From a virus, in IMG/VR virus record IMGVR_UViG_3300035034_002581: a stretch of 34,021 bases of DNA; one strand, 5' to 3'. The notes beneath the pieces were generated by a model. That model saw only the letters and a list, made by a program, of their open reading frames with translations, did no database searches and was not told the DNA's origin. Below are positions 8,384 to 17,043 of this stretch, piece by piece (the first letter of the stretch is position 1; each line of letters begins with the position of its first letter). Both the position numbers and the translations under genes were made by a program.

Positions 8384-9010
8384 TTAGAACCAGTGCGGTG
8401 CAGGAGTGTGGCGCCAAACAGCGATGGCGCGTTTGTACTTTTTGTAGTATGTTCGGTACGCGTCAATAGCATCAGCACACTTGACATCGTCTGGCATAGC
8501 TAGTGGTGGTTGAACAAACGGAGTTTGTGAAAATGTGCATGGCACGTTAGCAGATAGATGCTCGAGAACATCTTGTGTTTTGTGACGTCGGTGATAACGA
8601 TAAGTGTACTCTTCAGCTAGCGCAATTCCAAGCTTGCATGTATACTCGTAGTTTGCTTTGCTTGAGCGAACCCATACAGCAGTTGGATGATTGATGTGTG
8701 TTGGTGCGTATACTTTAGTGTACATAGAGTCGGGCAGCAACGTAGCACATAGCTTGCGAACTTCTCTTAGATTCATTTCGTATGCTAGATTTTCGTCGTG
8801 CCCTGCAATTCGAAGGTGGGTTGCTGAGATTTCGCGCCAAAGGTCAGCCCACTTGCCGTCCCACGGCATAAGACCATATACTTCAGCCTCATTAATCCAC
8901 TGTGCAGTCGACAGCATCTGCGCCAGCTCTACAATCATTTTTACTGCATGTTTGTCGCAGTGATAACTTGCACAAGTCTTAACATCGTGGTCAAGATAGA
9001 ATAGATTCAT
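8384..9010 (-). CDS. hypothetical protein (208 aa); faint resemblance to pyrimidine-dimer glycosylase / T4 endonuclease V-like proteins, not firm
   Basis: ATG with a GGAGAAG SD. The N-terminal ...ELAQMLSTAQW and the C-terminal YRTYYKKYKRAIAVW...PAPHWF loosely recall the ELADQHLMAEY ... WYKYYGKAI of endonuclease V. Confidence 0.5.
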   Translation of the reverse strand: MNLFYLDHDVKTCASYHCDKHAVKMIVELAQMLSTAQWINEAEVYGLMPWDGKWADLWREISATHLRIAGHDENLAYEMNLREVRKLCATLLPDSMYTKVYAPTHINHPTAVWVRSSKANYEYTCKLGIALAEEYTYRYHRRHKTQDVLEHLSANVPCTFSQTPFVQPPLAMPDDVKCADAIDAYRTYYKKYKRAIAVWRHTPAPHWF

Positions 9011-9036
9011 GAATACTTCTCCGTTGCTGTATGTTT

Positions 9037-9068
9037 ATTCTATCACTTTTGAGTCAACTTTTGCATTC
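9037..9068 (-). promoter_or_regulatory. promoter-like GAATGCAAAAG-N15-TAGAAT upstream of 8384..9010
   Basis: Member of the recurrent motif family. Approximate coordinates. Confidence 0.4.
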
Positions 9069-9078
9069 ATCGTTATGC

Positions 9079-9993
9079 TCAGTCCTTAGTTCTCAACTTT
9101 GCCTTGAGTTTCTTGTTTGCTCGACGTCGTGCTTTCTTTGTGCTAGGCGCTGTGTTCTTGAATGACTTATCATCGAAACCCTTTGAGTCCCGAATAATCT
9201 TATCATTGCCTGTGTTCGTAGCAGTATCTCTATCTACCATTTGATTTGACAAGAACATGTCAATTTCTTGATATGCGGTGAATGGATCCACCACTCTGGC
9301 AAACTCAATGTCGTCAAGGCGTGGATTGATTGTAACTCTCGGATTTCTCGAATACCTCGTCGGAGGCTGAATCTTGTTAAATTCACATTCGACTACATCC
9401 TCAGTCTTAACGGCTCCAAGCCTCTTACCACCTACGTAGTCAGGACACGTTAACACGATGATAGGTGAGGATGCTTTTAGAAACAATTCGATGGGTAATT
9501 TATCTGGAAGACCAGAAACAAACGCGTCCCACGCTTTAGCATTGTATCGAAACTTTCCCATGAACTTTGAGATAGAAACACTAGAGCTATTGTTGTTCAT
9601 GTAGTAGTTAACTGTCTCAATGTGGCTCTTTAAAGCCTTGTCTTTGTAAACATACGAAGGTATGTTCTTGAGGATTGATTTGTCTGCTACAGCGTCAAAA
9701 TACTCCTGCGGATGTGAAAAGAAACTTCCGTCAATTTCAACGAATGGATAGAGTTTACCGCAAAATGCAACGAGGTGGCGAGTGACGCTAAAAGTGTGTT
9801 TTCTAAAGGGCTCAGGCTTAGGCATATTTGTCATGAACTTTTCAAGAAGAGCAAACTCCTTGTATCTATTGTCATCTTCTGGACGATATGCAAATTCGTG
9901 TGTTTCTGTGTGCCTCACGTATGTAAGATCATCATCAGTGCCAAATGATTGTGCTCCGTCGTAGTAGTCTTTAAACTTAGAAATGATTCTCAT
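9079..9993 (-). CDS. hypothetical protein (304 aa)
   Basis: ATG with an AAAGGAG SD. No recognisable domain. Confidence 0.6.
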   Translation of the reverse strand: MRIISKFKDYYDGAQSFGTDDDLTYVRHTETHEFAYRPEDDNRYKEFALLEKFMTNMPKPEPFRKHTFSVTRHLVAFCGKLYPFVEIDGSFFSHPQEYFDAVADKSILKNIPSYVYKDKALKSHIETVNYYMNNNSSSVSISKFMGKFRYNAKAWDAFVSGLPDKLPIELFLKASSPIIVLTCPDYVGGKRLGAVKTEDVVECEFNKIQPPTRYSRNPRVTINPRLDDIEFARVVDPFTAYQEIDMFLSNQMVDRDTATNTGNDKIIRDSKGFDDKSFKNTAPSTKKARRRANKKLKAKLRTKD

Positions 9994-10019
9994 ATTGCTC
10001 CTTTCGTTCTTACATCTCT

Positions 10020-10052
10020 ATTGTATCAAAAACTACATACAATTTGCACACA
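10020..10052 (-). promoter_or_regulatory. promoter-like TGTGTGCAAAT-N16-TACAAT upstream of 9079..9993
   Basis: Member of the recurrent motif family. Approximate coordinates. Confidence 0.45.
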
Positions 10053-10062
10053 TAGCTTTTGA

Positions 10063-10623
10063 CTATTCGTCTCGAGAGCCGATGACATCATGGTATGTCA
10101 CACCTTCTGCAATCATACGACGCTTCAAGATCTTCATCTTCTGCTTGGCACTTCTACGCTTGATGGACGACATGTGCTCAATGAAGGGCTTGCCAAGCAG
10201 GTGATCGAGCTCGTGCTGAAGTGCCTGCGCAAGAAGACCGTCGCCACTTAATGTCTCTGTCGTTCCGTTAAGTGTAGTGTATTCAATCCCGAAAGTTTTG
10301 TGGCGCTTAATCTTAGCCCGCACGCCAGGAAAACTTAGGCAACCTTCCTCTTGCTTTGTCTGTTCTCCTCCTGTTTTGACAGCTTTTGGGTTAATGAAAG
10401 TTTCATACCCATCAAGTGACGGATCAATTGCTTTCGTATTGAGAACAAACATTGAAAGACCTACGCCAACCTGCGGTGCTGCGAGACCAAGTCCTCCAAC
10501 TTGTTCACATGTGTCGACAAGATCAGATGCAAGCTGATGGTGCATGTGTGTAATCTCTGTAATTGCTTTTGCAGGTTCATCAAGCACCTTTGCAGGCCAG
10601 ATTACAATGTTCAGTACTGCCAT
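10063..10623 (-). CDS. def: peptide deformylase
   Basis: All three PDF motifs are present: GLGLAAPQ (motif I), EGCLSFPG (motif II) and HELDHL (motif III). ATG with an AAGGTGG SD. Confidence 0.85.
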   Translation of the reverse strand: MAVLNIVIWPAKVLDEPAKAITEITHMHHQLASDLVDTCEQVGGLGLAAPQVGVGLSMFVLNTKAIDPSLDGYETFINPKAVKTGGEQTKQEEGCLSFPGVRAKIKRHKTFGIEYTTLNGTTETLSGDGLLAQALQHELDHLLGKPFIEHMSSIKRRSAKQKMKILKRRMIAEGVTYHDVIGSRDE

Positions 10624-11157
10624 TTAGACTCCCACCTTAAGCGAGCCCGTCAACCTAATGAACGGCTCTGATGGCTGTTCTTGACAAAATGTTTCAAGAT
10701 TGATCATGCCTAGCAACCCACAGTTTTGTGTACCGACGGAAACCACAAGGTAATTGCCGCTGTTGTTTCGAACGATATCGCCAGGCTTTAGATCCTTTCC
10801 GAAGACAAAGATCGGACAAGTATTCTTAACAACTACAGACAGTTTTCCGCTGGTTGTTTCCAAGTGTTCAACCAAGTGCTCATCCTCCTCTTCACCTGAA
10901 CGGTGGCTAGTCTTATTTTGGCGATGCCAATTCTCAAGCACAATGTTTCTCCATGAACCATTGATCTCTTGTGATGCCCAAAGCATGAATGACTTTATTA
11001 GACAGAAGCTCGGCGAAGGCTGAACCTTATGTGCATTCACACCCGTCAGAGGAACATATGTAACATGCTTTCCATCGTTTTCGACAACATAACGATATGT
11101 GTGTGATCCCCAGCTCTTTGATTTACCTTTGTATACAGTTCCTGCTTTGATTCTCAT
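10624..11157 (-). CDS. hypothetical protein (177 aa), translationally coupled between the VWA protein and PDF
   Basis: ATG with a GAAGGGAGA SD. Its start and stop abut the neighbouring genes. Confidence 0.55.
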   Translation of the reverse strand: MRIKAGTVYKGKSKSWGSHTYRYVVENDGKHVTYVPLTGVNAHKVQPSPSFCLIKSFMLWASQEINGSWRNIVLENWHRQNKTSHRSGEEEDEHLVEHLETTSGKLSVVVKNTCPIFVFGKDLKPGDIVRNNSGNYLVVSVGTQNCGLLGMINLETFCQEQPSEPFIRLTGSLKVGV

Positions 11158-11158
11158 T

Positions 11159-12562
11159 TTATTCTCCCTTCATTTGAATTACAATGTCTGATGGATCGGG
11201 CGTGAAATACAGCTTCCTACCCGGTGCGATGATGTAGCCTCGACGAATTCGTGATGGAGTAGGCTTGCTGCATTCTCCATCAGACAGAATCAAGTAACCA
11301 TCAAAGAGGCCCTTGTTATCGTGGGCGTGGTTCACACATGCCTGGAAGTCTGTACCGCCAGCTCGGAATCGCTCAAGATTAGGCATCGTCTGACCCTTCT
11401 TCCACACAAAACCGTTCTCAACATCCACTTCGGTGTCGAATGGAAAGAAGTGGAACGTAGTCTTCTTGCCAAAGTTACGCAATTCTGCATAAAACAGTGC
11501 TAAAGCTTCATTCGACACTGACCCAGACTGGTCGACGTAGATCGCAATGTTTGCAGTGTAGTTACGTGTACGACCTGGGAAGACATGAGGAAGCTTTCTG
11601 TTAACACGCTTTCTCGTACTCTTTCCGCTAGAGCGACGGGAGCGGCCGAAGAATTGGCGAAGAATTACACGCCAATCCACTTCAGTTGAGACCATAGAAC
11701 GGAGCTGACTTCTCATATGCTGTGGAACTGATCCCCAGGCGTTTGATCCGTCTGCCTTGTTGACTGCGTCTCGCAAGATGTTGGACAATTCTCCTTCAAG
11801 CATCTGTCGAACTCCGTCGGAGATCTCACCCTTAGAATTACCGTTCTCGTCGCAGTCTTGACCCCAATTTCCGTGATCATCTCCGCCAGAAAGAGCACGC
11901 TGTAGTGCTTCACCCAGCATCTCTTCAAGCTTCTGCTGCCTTTCCTCGGCTTCCTTGATCATGTCCTTAACTTCATCGTTTTCCATGAACGCAAAGAAGT
12001 ATTCTTCAGCAGTCAAGAACGGGTCAAACGACTCGACAAGTGTGCTGATCTTCGTAAAGCGTGCCTTCTCCTCGTCAGACATTTCAGCCCAATCTTCAGG
12101 TTCAGGCACCTTCAGCTTCTCACCGGGAATAAAACCACCATCAGGAAGCTCATCGCGAGGGATACTGCAGTTGATTGAGAGATCAGCTGCCCAGTTCCAA
12201 ATCATGTGTGGCTCAAGTGCACGGAACGTTACGTGATCGTAGTTCAAGTGATAGACTTCGTGCTTGAGCAATCCCATTACCTTCTTATGAGAAAGTGACG
12301 CAATGAAGTCTGGGTTCCAGAAGAGTGCTGGGCGCGTGGCCTGGATTCCGACGCCGGCGGTTCCGATCTCACGTGTCTTGTGCCTGTTCATTGCACGATA
12401 GAACGTCGAGAAAAACGGTTCGTTCCAGTAGAGCTGAATGAGGTGTGGTCCGAGGTCAATCTCGTCATTGATAGCACGCTGCTCATCGGTGAGCTTCTTG
12501 CTGATCCCCTTGAACCGCCCAGTACCATCTTCGCCAGTGTTAATCTTTTTGGGTTGAGCCAT
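11159..12562 (-). CDS. VWA-domain protein with an N-terminal putative zincin-like (HExxH) domain; partner of the MoxR-type ATPase
   Basis: It has an HEVYH motif in the N-terminal half and a C-terminal VWA domain with a DxSGS MIDAS motif (YVDQSGSV). ATG with a GAGAGGAGA SD. Confidence 0.75.
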   Translation of the reverse strand: MAQPKKINTGEDGTGRFKGISKKLTDEQRAINDEIDLGPHLIQLYWNEPFFSTFYRAMNRHKTREIGTAGVGIQATRPALFWNPDFIASLSHKKVMGLLKHEVYHLNYDHVTFRALEPHMIWNWAADLSINCSIPRDELPDGGFIPGEKLKVPEPEDWAEMSDEEKARFTKISTLVESFDPFLTAEEYFFAFMENDEVKDMIKEAEERQQKLEEMLGEALQRALSGGDDHGNWGQDCDENGNSKGEISDGVRQMLEGELSNILRDAVNKADGSNAWGSVPQHMRSQLRSMVSTEVDWRVILRQFFGRSRRSSGKSTRKRVNRKLPHVFPGRTRNYTANIAIYVDQSGSVSNEALALFYAELRNFGKKTTFHFFPFDTEVDVENGFVWKKGQTMPNLERFRAGGTDFQACVNHAHDNKGLFDGYLILSDGECSKPTPSRIRRGYIIAPGRKLYFTPDPSDIVIQMKGE

Positions 12563-12587
12563 TTGTATCTCCTCTCTTTACTTAACT

Positions 12588-12631
12588 ATTATAACATATG
12601 TGCCGATGGAATTGCACACCCCATCGGCACA
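12588..12631 (-). promoter_or_regulatory. 11-bp-stem hairpin (TGTGCCGATGG/CCATCGGCACA) whose loop carries GTGTGCAATT, followed by N16-TATAAT
   Basis: It lies in the 85-nt gap between the MoxR-like and VWA genes. It may act as a combined attenuator/terminator and promoter. Approximate coordinates. Confidence 0.4.
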
Positions 12632-12647
12632 TTGTTTTCTTAAGAGG

Positions 12648-13739
12648 TTACGACTGGTTCTTAAGTGCGTCTGCCTTGTCAACAACGTCCATGATCTTCT
12701 TGGTGAAAGAAGTCTTGTGGAAGTTCTGGATGTTATCCATGTTGCTCGATGCCGCAACGTGCTTGAAGACAGTCAAGTAATCCTCACCTGACATCATCTT
12801 AGAGAAGCGCTCAAGGTTGGCGAACTGATCTTCGGTCCAAGTGTTGGCAAGGAGGTGCTCACCAAGCTTGTCGATGACAGAAACCACTGCGTCGTGAGAG
12901 AGTGCCTCAATGTCCTTGATGCGAGCATCGTAGTTGTCGAGAATATCCTCAGCAGACACGTTGCGCTCGAACTTCTGGACGAAGTGAACGAAAGCGGAGG
13001 CAGCTTCAACTCCAACCAAAGAGGTGCAAAGCTGGTAGAAACCAGCAGGAAGTTCGTCTTGGCCTGCACAGTCAATTGGCGCCATCCCGGCGTACTTTAG
13101 ATCATTGTTGACAAAGCCCCACGAACGAGGAGTCGGATGTGCTGACATGGCCTGGATGCTGTCAATATCCTTGTTTCGAAGGTGCTTGCGGTTGGTTCGA
13201 ATGAACTCGATAATGACAGGGTCAATATCTGCACTCGCTGCCCAATCAAGCCAGTCCTCAGCAGTGGGGTCGAAGTGGAAAATAGCGAAGCGGTTGAGCA
13301 ACGCAAGATCCATTTCGTTGACAGAGTAGTTAGAACCTGCGTTGACGCAGGCAATCACACGAGTGCCGGGGTGGAGCTTGTTTCCGTTCATCTCACGGTC
13401 GAGCACGATCTGGAATGCAGCGTTCATGATCTCAGGAGTCGCTCGGTTGAGCTCGTCAAGGAGCATGTTACATGCATTGTCACAACCCTGCTTAAACCAA
13501 TCCACAGGAAGGAACTGAGTAACGTCGTCACTGATGCGGGGGATTCCGATCATGTCACCTTCCGTCATCTGAGCGAGACGGCGGTCAATGAAGGGAATCG
13601 AGCTATCGATTTGGCGGGCAATCTGCGACTTACCGATACCGTGTGGACCGATGAGCAAGATTGCTCGGTTGGTGGGCATAACACGAAGAAGATTGACAAG
13701 GTCCTTCGCATTGATAGTAGGATGGGTCGAACCGGACAT
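12648..13739 (-). CDS. MoxR/CobS-like AAA+ ATPase
   Basis: Walker A is LLIGPHGIGKS, and the length (363 aa) and layout fit MoxR/CobS. It pairs with the VWA gene downstream. ATG with a CTGGAGG SD. Confidence 0.8.
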   Translation of the reverse strand: MSGSTHPTINAKDLVNLLRVMPTNRAILLIGPHGIGKSQIARQIDSSIPFIDRRLAQMTEGDMIGIPRISDDVTQFLPVDWFKQGCDNACNMLLDELNRATPEIMNAAFQIVLDREMNGNKLHPGTRVIACVNAGSNYSVNEMDLALLNRFAIFHFDPTAEDWLDWAASADIDPVIIEFIRTNRKHLRNKDIDSIQAMSAHPTPRSWGFVNNDLKYAGMAPIDCAGQDELPAGFYQLCTSLVGVEAASAFVHFVQKFERNVSAEDILDNYDARIKDIEALSHDAVVSVIDKLGEHLLANTWTEDQFANLERFSKMMSGEDYLTVFKHVAASSNMDNIQNFHKTSFTKKIMDVVDKADALKNQS

Positions 13740-13781
13740 AAGTTGCCTCCAGAGGCGGGTTAGTTTGTTCCTAACTTGTAT

Positions 13782-13812
13782 ATTTTACCATCTGCAGCAA
13801 AAATTTGCACAA
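13782..13812 (-). promoter_or_regulatory. promoter-like TTTGTGCAAAT-N15-TAAAAT upstream of the MoxR-like gene
   Basis: Member of the recurrent motif family. Approximate coordinates. Confidence 0.45.
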
Positions 13813-13823
13813 ATGGAACGCTT

Positions 13824-14054
13824 TTAAAATGACTGAAGAGAATTAGTGCTTACTGTGACTTTTCTGATCAGATGATCAACAGGACCTTCAAAGATCTTAT
13901 CTTCAAACGGGTAATCTCGACCTAGCGGATCTAAAGACACATGCGTGACATAAACATTCCCTTTTGTCGAATGTGGGTTTGAATAAACTTCTACGTCGGC
14001 TCCATTCCTTGCATGTTTAGCAGAGAAGAAGCCATACTGAATCTGATTTGACAT
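13824..14054 (-). CDS. hypothetical protein (76 aa)
   Basis: ATG with an AGGA SD. Confidence 0.45.
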   Translation of the reverse strand: MSNQIQYGFFSAKHARNGADVEVYSNPHSTKGNVYVTHVSLDPLGRDYPFEDKIFEGPVDHLIRKVTVSTNSLQSF

Positions 14055-14065
14055 ATTGATCCTGT

Positions 14066-14806
14066 TTACGGTACGATGTTGAAGCCGTCGGCTTGCAACT
14101 CAAGGTGCTGGTCAAACCCTGCACCACCGAAGCGGTTCTTTGAAGTGAACAGACGACGACAGCCATGATACTCAGACTTTTGGTTATCAATGACCGAGAG
14201 CTCGACGTGAGCATCGCACATGTGTCGAAGCTTGTTACTGCCGTTCATCTTGCCATCTTTATTGACCTGGCCGATGACGAACACGTTGGCATAAGTTTCC
14301 TTGGCATACTCGGTAAGCGCCTTGAGAGCATGCTCAGAGGTCTTTGACGTAATTCTGCCTGAGTTCCAGCGACTGTCTTGCAAGCCCTGAAGGCTGTCAA
14401 TGATGATTACTGGGTGACGGTACTTATTTGCAGAGCACTTGCGGTATCGATCGAACTTTGCAATGAGCGTCCTAACATCCTTCTCTTGGCCCATACCAAA
14501 CTTAGCATCTAGCTTTAGACGCTCGACGGTCATCTTGGTCTGGTATGCTGACTCTTCAACTCCATTGTAGATGACCGCGCAGCCAGATGCCTCAAGATTT
14601 GCTGCAAGTGTCAACATCATGGTTGACTTACCGGCGCCAGGGGTTCCAGTAAAGAGCGTCACGACTGACGGAGTCATTCCCAAGCCACCGAGCGCGACAT
14701 CAATGTATTCTACGCTGGTCGCGATACGACTCTTAAGTGCGGCTGGAACCTCGAGCTCAGAAATATCGGTTCCGAAATCAATTTCGCTTGCAACGTTCAA
14801 ATCCAT
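14066..14806 (-). CDS. RecA-core ATPase (Sak4/RadA-like recombination protein)
   Basis: It is 246 aa with Walker A GTPGAGKST and a RecA/KaiC-like core (VFVIGQVNKDG). ATG with an AGAGGTAA SD. Confidence 0.65.
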   Translation of the reverse strand: MDLNVASEIDFGTDISELEVPAALKSRIATSVEYIDVALGGLGMTPSVVTLFTGTPGAGKSTMMLTLAANLEASGCAVIYNGVEESAYQTKMTVERLKLDAKFGMGQEKDVRTLIAKFDRYRKCSANKYRHPVIIIDSLQGLQDSRWNSGRITSKTSEHALKALTEYAKETYANVFVIGQVNKDGKMNGSNKLRHMCDAHVELSVIDNQKSEYHGCRRLFTSKNRFGGAGFDQHLELQADGFNIVP

Positions 14807-14851
14807 CAGTTACCTCTGATATGATGTTATGTTCTTTCCTTCAACTGTTAT

Positions 14852-14884
14852 ATTCTATCCTAAGGCAGAATCAATTTGCACACT
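14852..14884 (-). promoter_or_regulatory. promoter-like AAGTGTGCAAAT-N16-TAGAAT upstream of 14066..14806, embedded in the 3' end of ORF 14855..15139
   Basis: Member of the recurrent motif family. Approximate coordinates. Confidence 0.45.
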
Positions 14885-15139
14885 TCGAATCAGCTCAACC
14901 TTCTTTTTTCCAATATTGATAAACACAGAGTTATCGTTAATGACCACTTTAATCAGGGTAACTTCATTTTTATTGTCGAAGAAAGACTTGACAACAAGTA
15001 CAGGAATTTTTGTAGACTCTTCTATCCTTGTCGTAAGATGAGATGTATCTGTGTCTATTGTAACTCTAAATGAACCAGGTGGGAGATAGATTAGATCGCC
15101 TGGCACTAGTGAGCGTGCCTCTACGTGGCATCTTTGCAT
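14855..15139 (-). CDS. hypothetical protein (about 94 aa from ATG; the track's TTG extends to 15175)
   Basis: The internal ATG has an AAGGTGG SD and lies 5 nt after the upstream stop. The TTG at 15175 lacks an SD. Confidence 0.35.
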   Translation of the reverse strand: MQRCHVEARSLVPGDLIYLPPGSFRVTIDTDTSHLTTRIEESTKIPVLVVKSFFDNKNEVTLIKVVINDNSVFINIGKKKVELIRSVQIDSALG

Positions 15140-15143
15140 ACTG

Positions 15144-15683
15144 TTATACCACCTTGAATAGCTGCAGGACACCAAGCCCTAAAGACAAATCTGTGCAAAA
15201 GTGAAATGACTCTCTTGACTTAGTGTCTTGAACAAAAGTTTCCCTCTCCTTGCCTTTCTTTTCAAGGTACCAAACATCCTTTTGCGAAGATGAGCGTCTA
15301 ATCTTATAGACACTGTTCATGATTGTTCCGTGCTCATTGTCAACATACTTCACCCAAACCTTGGCATTGTCAGGAATATCTAAAAGCTCTCCGTAAGTAA
15401 GGTGAGGGCCTGCTGACGATGTCGTATCTTCTTTTGCCTCTTTCTTTGTCGATTCTGAGAAGAAACGTTCACGTAGTACTTTCTCGCTGAGTTTCTTAAT
15501 TGGTTTTCCTTGAAACACCTCGTATACGTGCACATTGTATGGAAGATAATCTTTTACATCGGGAAAACCCAATGACTTCAAGAAGGCAACGAAGTCATCT
15601 TCTGTCGGATGCCATCGAATTTCTCGAATGAGTGTGCGACCTTTTGAGCCCTTGTGAATCTCTAAGAAAGTTGAATCTGGCAT
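15144..15683 (-). CDS. hypothetical protein (179 aa from ATG)
   Basis: The ATG at 15681-15683 has an AAGGAG SD 5 nt upstream. The track's TTG at 15725 is unlikely. Confidence 0.55.
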   Translation of the reverse strand: MPDSTFLEIHKGSKGRTLIREIRWHPTEDDFVAFLKSLGFPDVKDYLPYNVHVYEVFQGKPIKKLSEKVLRERFFSESTKKEAKEDTTSSAGPHLTYGELLDIPDNAKVWVKYVDNEHGTIMNSVYKIRRSSSQKDVWYLEKKGKERETFVQDTKSRESFHFCTDLSLGLGVLQLFKVV

Positions 15684-15734
15684 ATTTTCTCCTTGAACTT
15701 TAAATCTTACTACTTGTGAGTTCAATGTACAAAC

Positions 15735-16568
15735 TCAAGAGACTACTTCGATATTAAAGTCCTCAAGCTTAAAGCTTTTGCGATCATGGAGTTTTGGGTA
15801 GAAGTAACAAACTTTGCCATCTAAGAGAATTTTGAGAGCGAACCCTTTACTAAAACGCCCGCAGAGATCGATCATGTTTTCGCAATTGGCATCTACTACA
15901 ACATGCCCGAGTACTAAGGCACACTCTTTTTCGCTAACGAACGGTTTGATTCGGACCAGTGATCCTTTGAGAGCTTTGATCGCATCGAGCATTAAAATCT
16001 GCTTCCAAAAACGCTTGGCAAGTGCGTTGTACTGATTCTCTGTGAGATAATCTTTGTTTTCTAGATTCGTAAATAGAGAATCTAGAAACGCAAAAGATCC
16101 CTTGTGTGTGTAGTAGGAAATGTTGTCGAGCCAGTGAGTTTTTAAAGCGTAGCATAGATCTTTCTGCTCTTTCGACAGGCACCATCTCTCACCAGTCAAA
16201 GCCTTCTTGTATTCACGTAGCAGACGTTGGTATGCTGGAAGGCTTTTTTCTGTAAGCTTTCCGTTGCTGACAATCGTACTCTCTAAATAGTGAATAGTGT
16301 GTTCCAGATCAGAAACAAGGCCAGAAGCCCTGATCGTATTGAGCCCCTTCAGAAGCCTGGTGTCAATAATATCTTGTGCATTAATCAGAGAAATTGCCCA
16401 AGCTTTCTGCTTCTTGGTCAGGCCCTTGTTGATACTGAGGCGCCTGGTCATTGACATCATAAAGGCTGTAGATGCGAAGATTTTATCAGGATCGATCTCA
16501 GATTGCTTGCGCACGTACTCTGAAATCACCTTGAGTTGATCTTTCTTGAGTCGCGGTAGCTTTTCCAA
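15735..16568 (-). CDS. hypothetical protein (277 aa; TTG start with an AGGAGG SD)
   Basis: The track's GTG at 16622 overlaps the promoter motif. The TTG at 16566-16568 has AGGAGG 5 nt upstream and lies about 47 nt downstream of the motif, matching the geometry at other genes. Confidence 0.55.
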   Translation of the reverse strand: MEKLPRLKKDQLKVISEYVRKQSEIDPDKIFASTAFMMSMTRRLSINKGLTKKQKAWAISLINAQDIIDTRLLKGLNTIRASGLVSDLEHTIHYLESTIVSNGKLTEKSLPAYQRLLREYKKALTGERWCLSKEQKDLCYALKTHWLDNISYYTHKGSFAFLDSLFTNLENKDYLTENQYNALAKRFWKQILMLDAIKALKGSLVRIKPFVSEKECALVLGHVVVDANCENMIDLCGRFSKGFALKILLDGKVCYFYPKLHDRKSFKLEDFNIEVVS

Positions 16569-16592
16569 TGTGTCCTCCTGTTTGACATGATT

Positions 16593-16625
16593 ATTATACA
16601 ATACCACATCAGGTATTTGCACACA
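16593..16625 (-). promoter_or_regulatory. promoter-like GATGTGTGCAAAT-N16-TATAAT upstream of 15735..16568
   Basis: Member of the recurrent motif family. Approximate coordinates. Confidence 0.45.
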
Positions 16626-16635
16626 TCATGTCAAA

Positions 16636-16803
16636 CTATTGGAACATGGCGATCGTTGCGATTACGATAAAGAACCATAAGACCACGATAGGTGTAAAAG
16701 CGAAGTAATCTTTAATCGTAATACTTCGCTTGATCGTCATGTCTTTATCTTCTTCGTCGACCTCTTTTCTTTCTGATTTGTCAAAATTAACAACGTCGCC
16801 CAT
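16636..16803 (-). CDS. small membrane protein (55 aa, C-terminal TM segment FAFTPIVVLWFFIVIATIAMF); not in the ORF track
   Basis: Its ATG overlaps the stop of 16803..16994 (TAATG). A hydrophobic helix follows a charged N-terminus. Confidence 0.4.
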   Translation of the reverse strand: MGDVVNFDKSERKEVDEEDKDMTIKRSITIKDYFAFTPIVVLWFFIVIATIAMFQ

Positions 16804-16994
16804 TACTTATCTCCGTTTCTTAAAATAACAATCTCTGTTTCAAAAAACGTGTGCTTTAACCCGTCTGGTCCGAGAACAGTAATAAAAGAATAGCCGTCAG
16901 TGTTCCCATCAGTCTCAAGGACCATTCCAAGGTATTCTCTACTTTGAAATCTACATACAAGATCACGGGGTCTAAAAGAGCTTAATGCTGACAT
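16803..16994 (-). CDS. hypothetical protein (63 aa)
   Basis: ATG with a GTAGAGGTAG SD. Confidence 0.5.
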   Translation of the reverse strand: MSALSSFRPRDLVCRFQSREYLGMVLETDGNTDGYSFITVLGPDGLKHTFFETEIVILRNGDK

Positions 16995-17043
16995 TGTCTA
17001 CCTCTACTTAATTAACTAGGCTTTAGATGAAACAGTTAAACAC

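Noticed and set aside
8384-9010. A firm call of T4 endonuclease V / pyrimidine-dimer glycosylase
   Set aside because: Only short, gapped resemblance at both termini, and I could not place the catalytic N-terminal Thr/Glu with confidence. It is kept as a weak possibility inside a hypothetical-protein call.
12599-12640. Plus-strand intrinsic terminator (hairpin followed by ATTGTTTTCTT)
   Set aside because: No plus-strand gene exists to terminate. The element makes more sense on the minus strand as a hairpin combined with a promoter.
13182-13763. 193-aa plus-strand ORF, together with all other plus-strand ORFs in the track (for example 1039..1371, 2255..2548, 4194..4505, 5154..5459, 26201..26566, 33361..33813)
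   Set aside because: Every one lies antisense within a well-supported minus-strand gene or in a leader region. None has an SD or promoter context. They give no recognisable proteins and are consistent with chance open frames.
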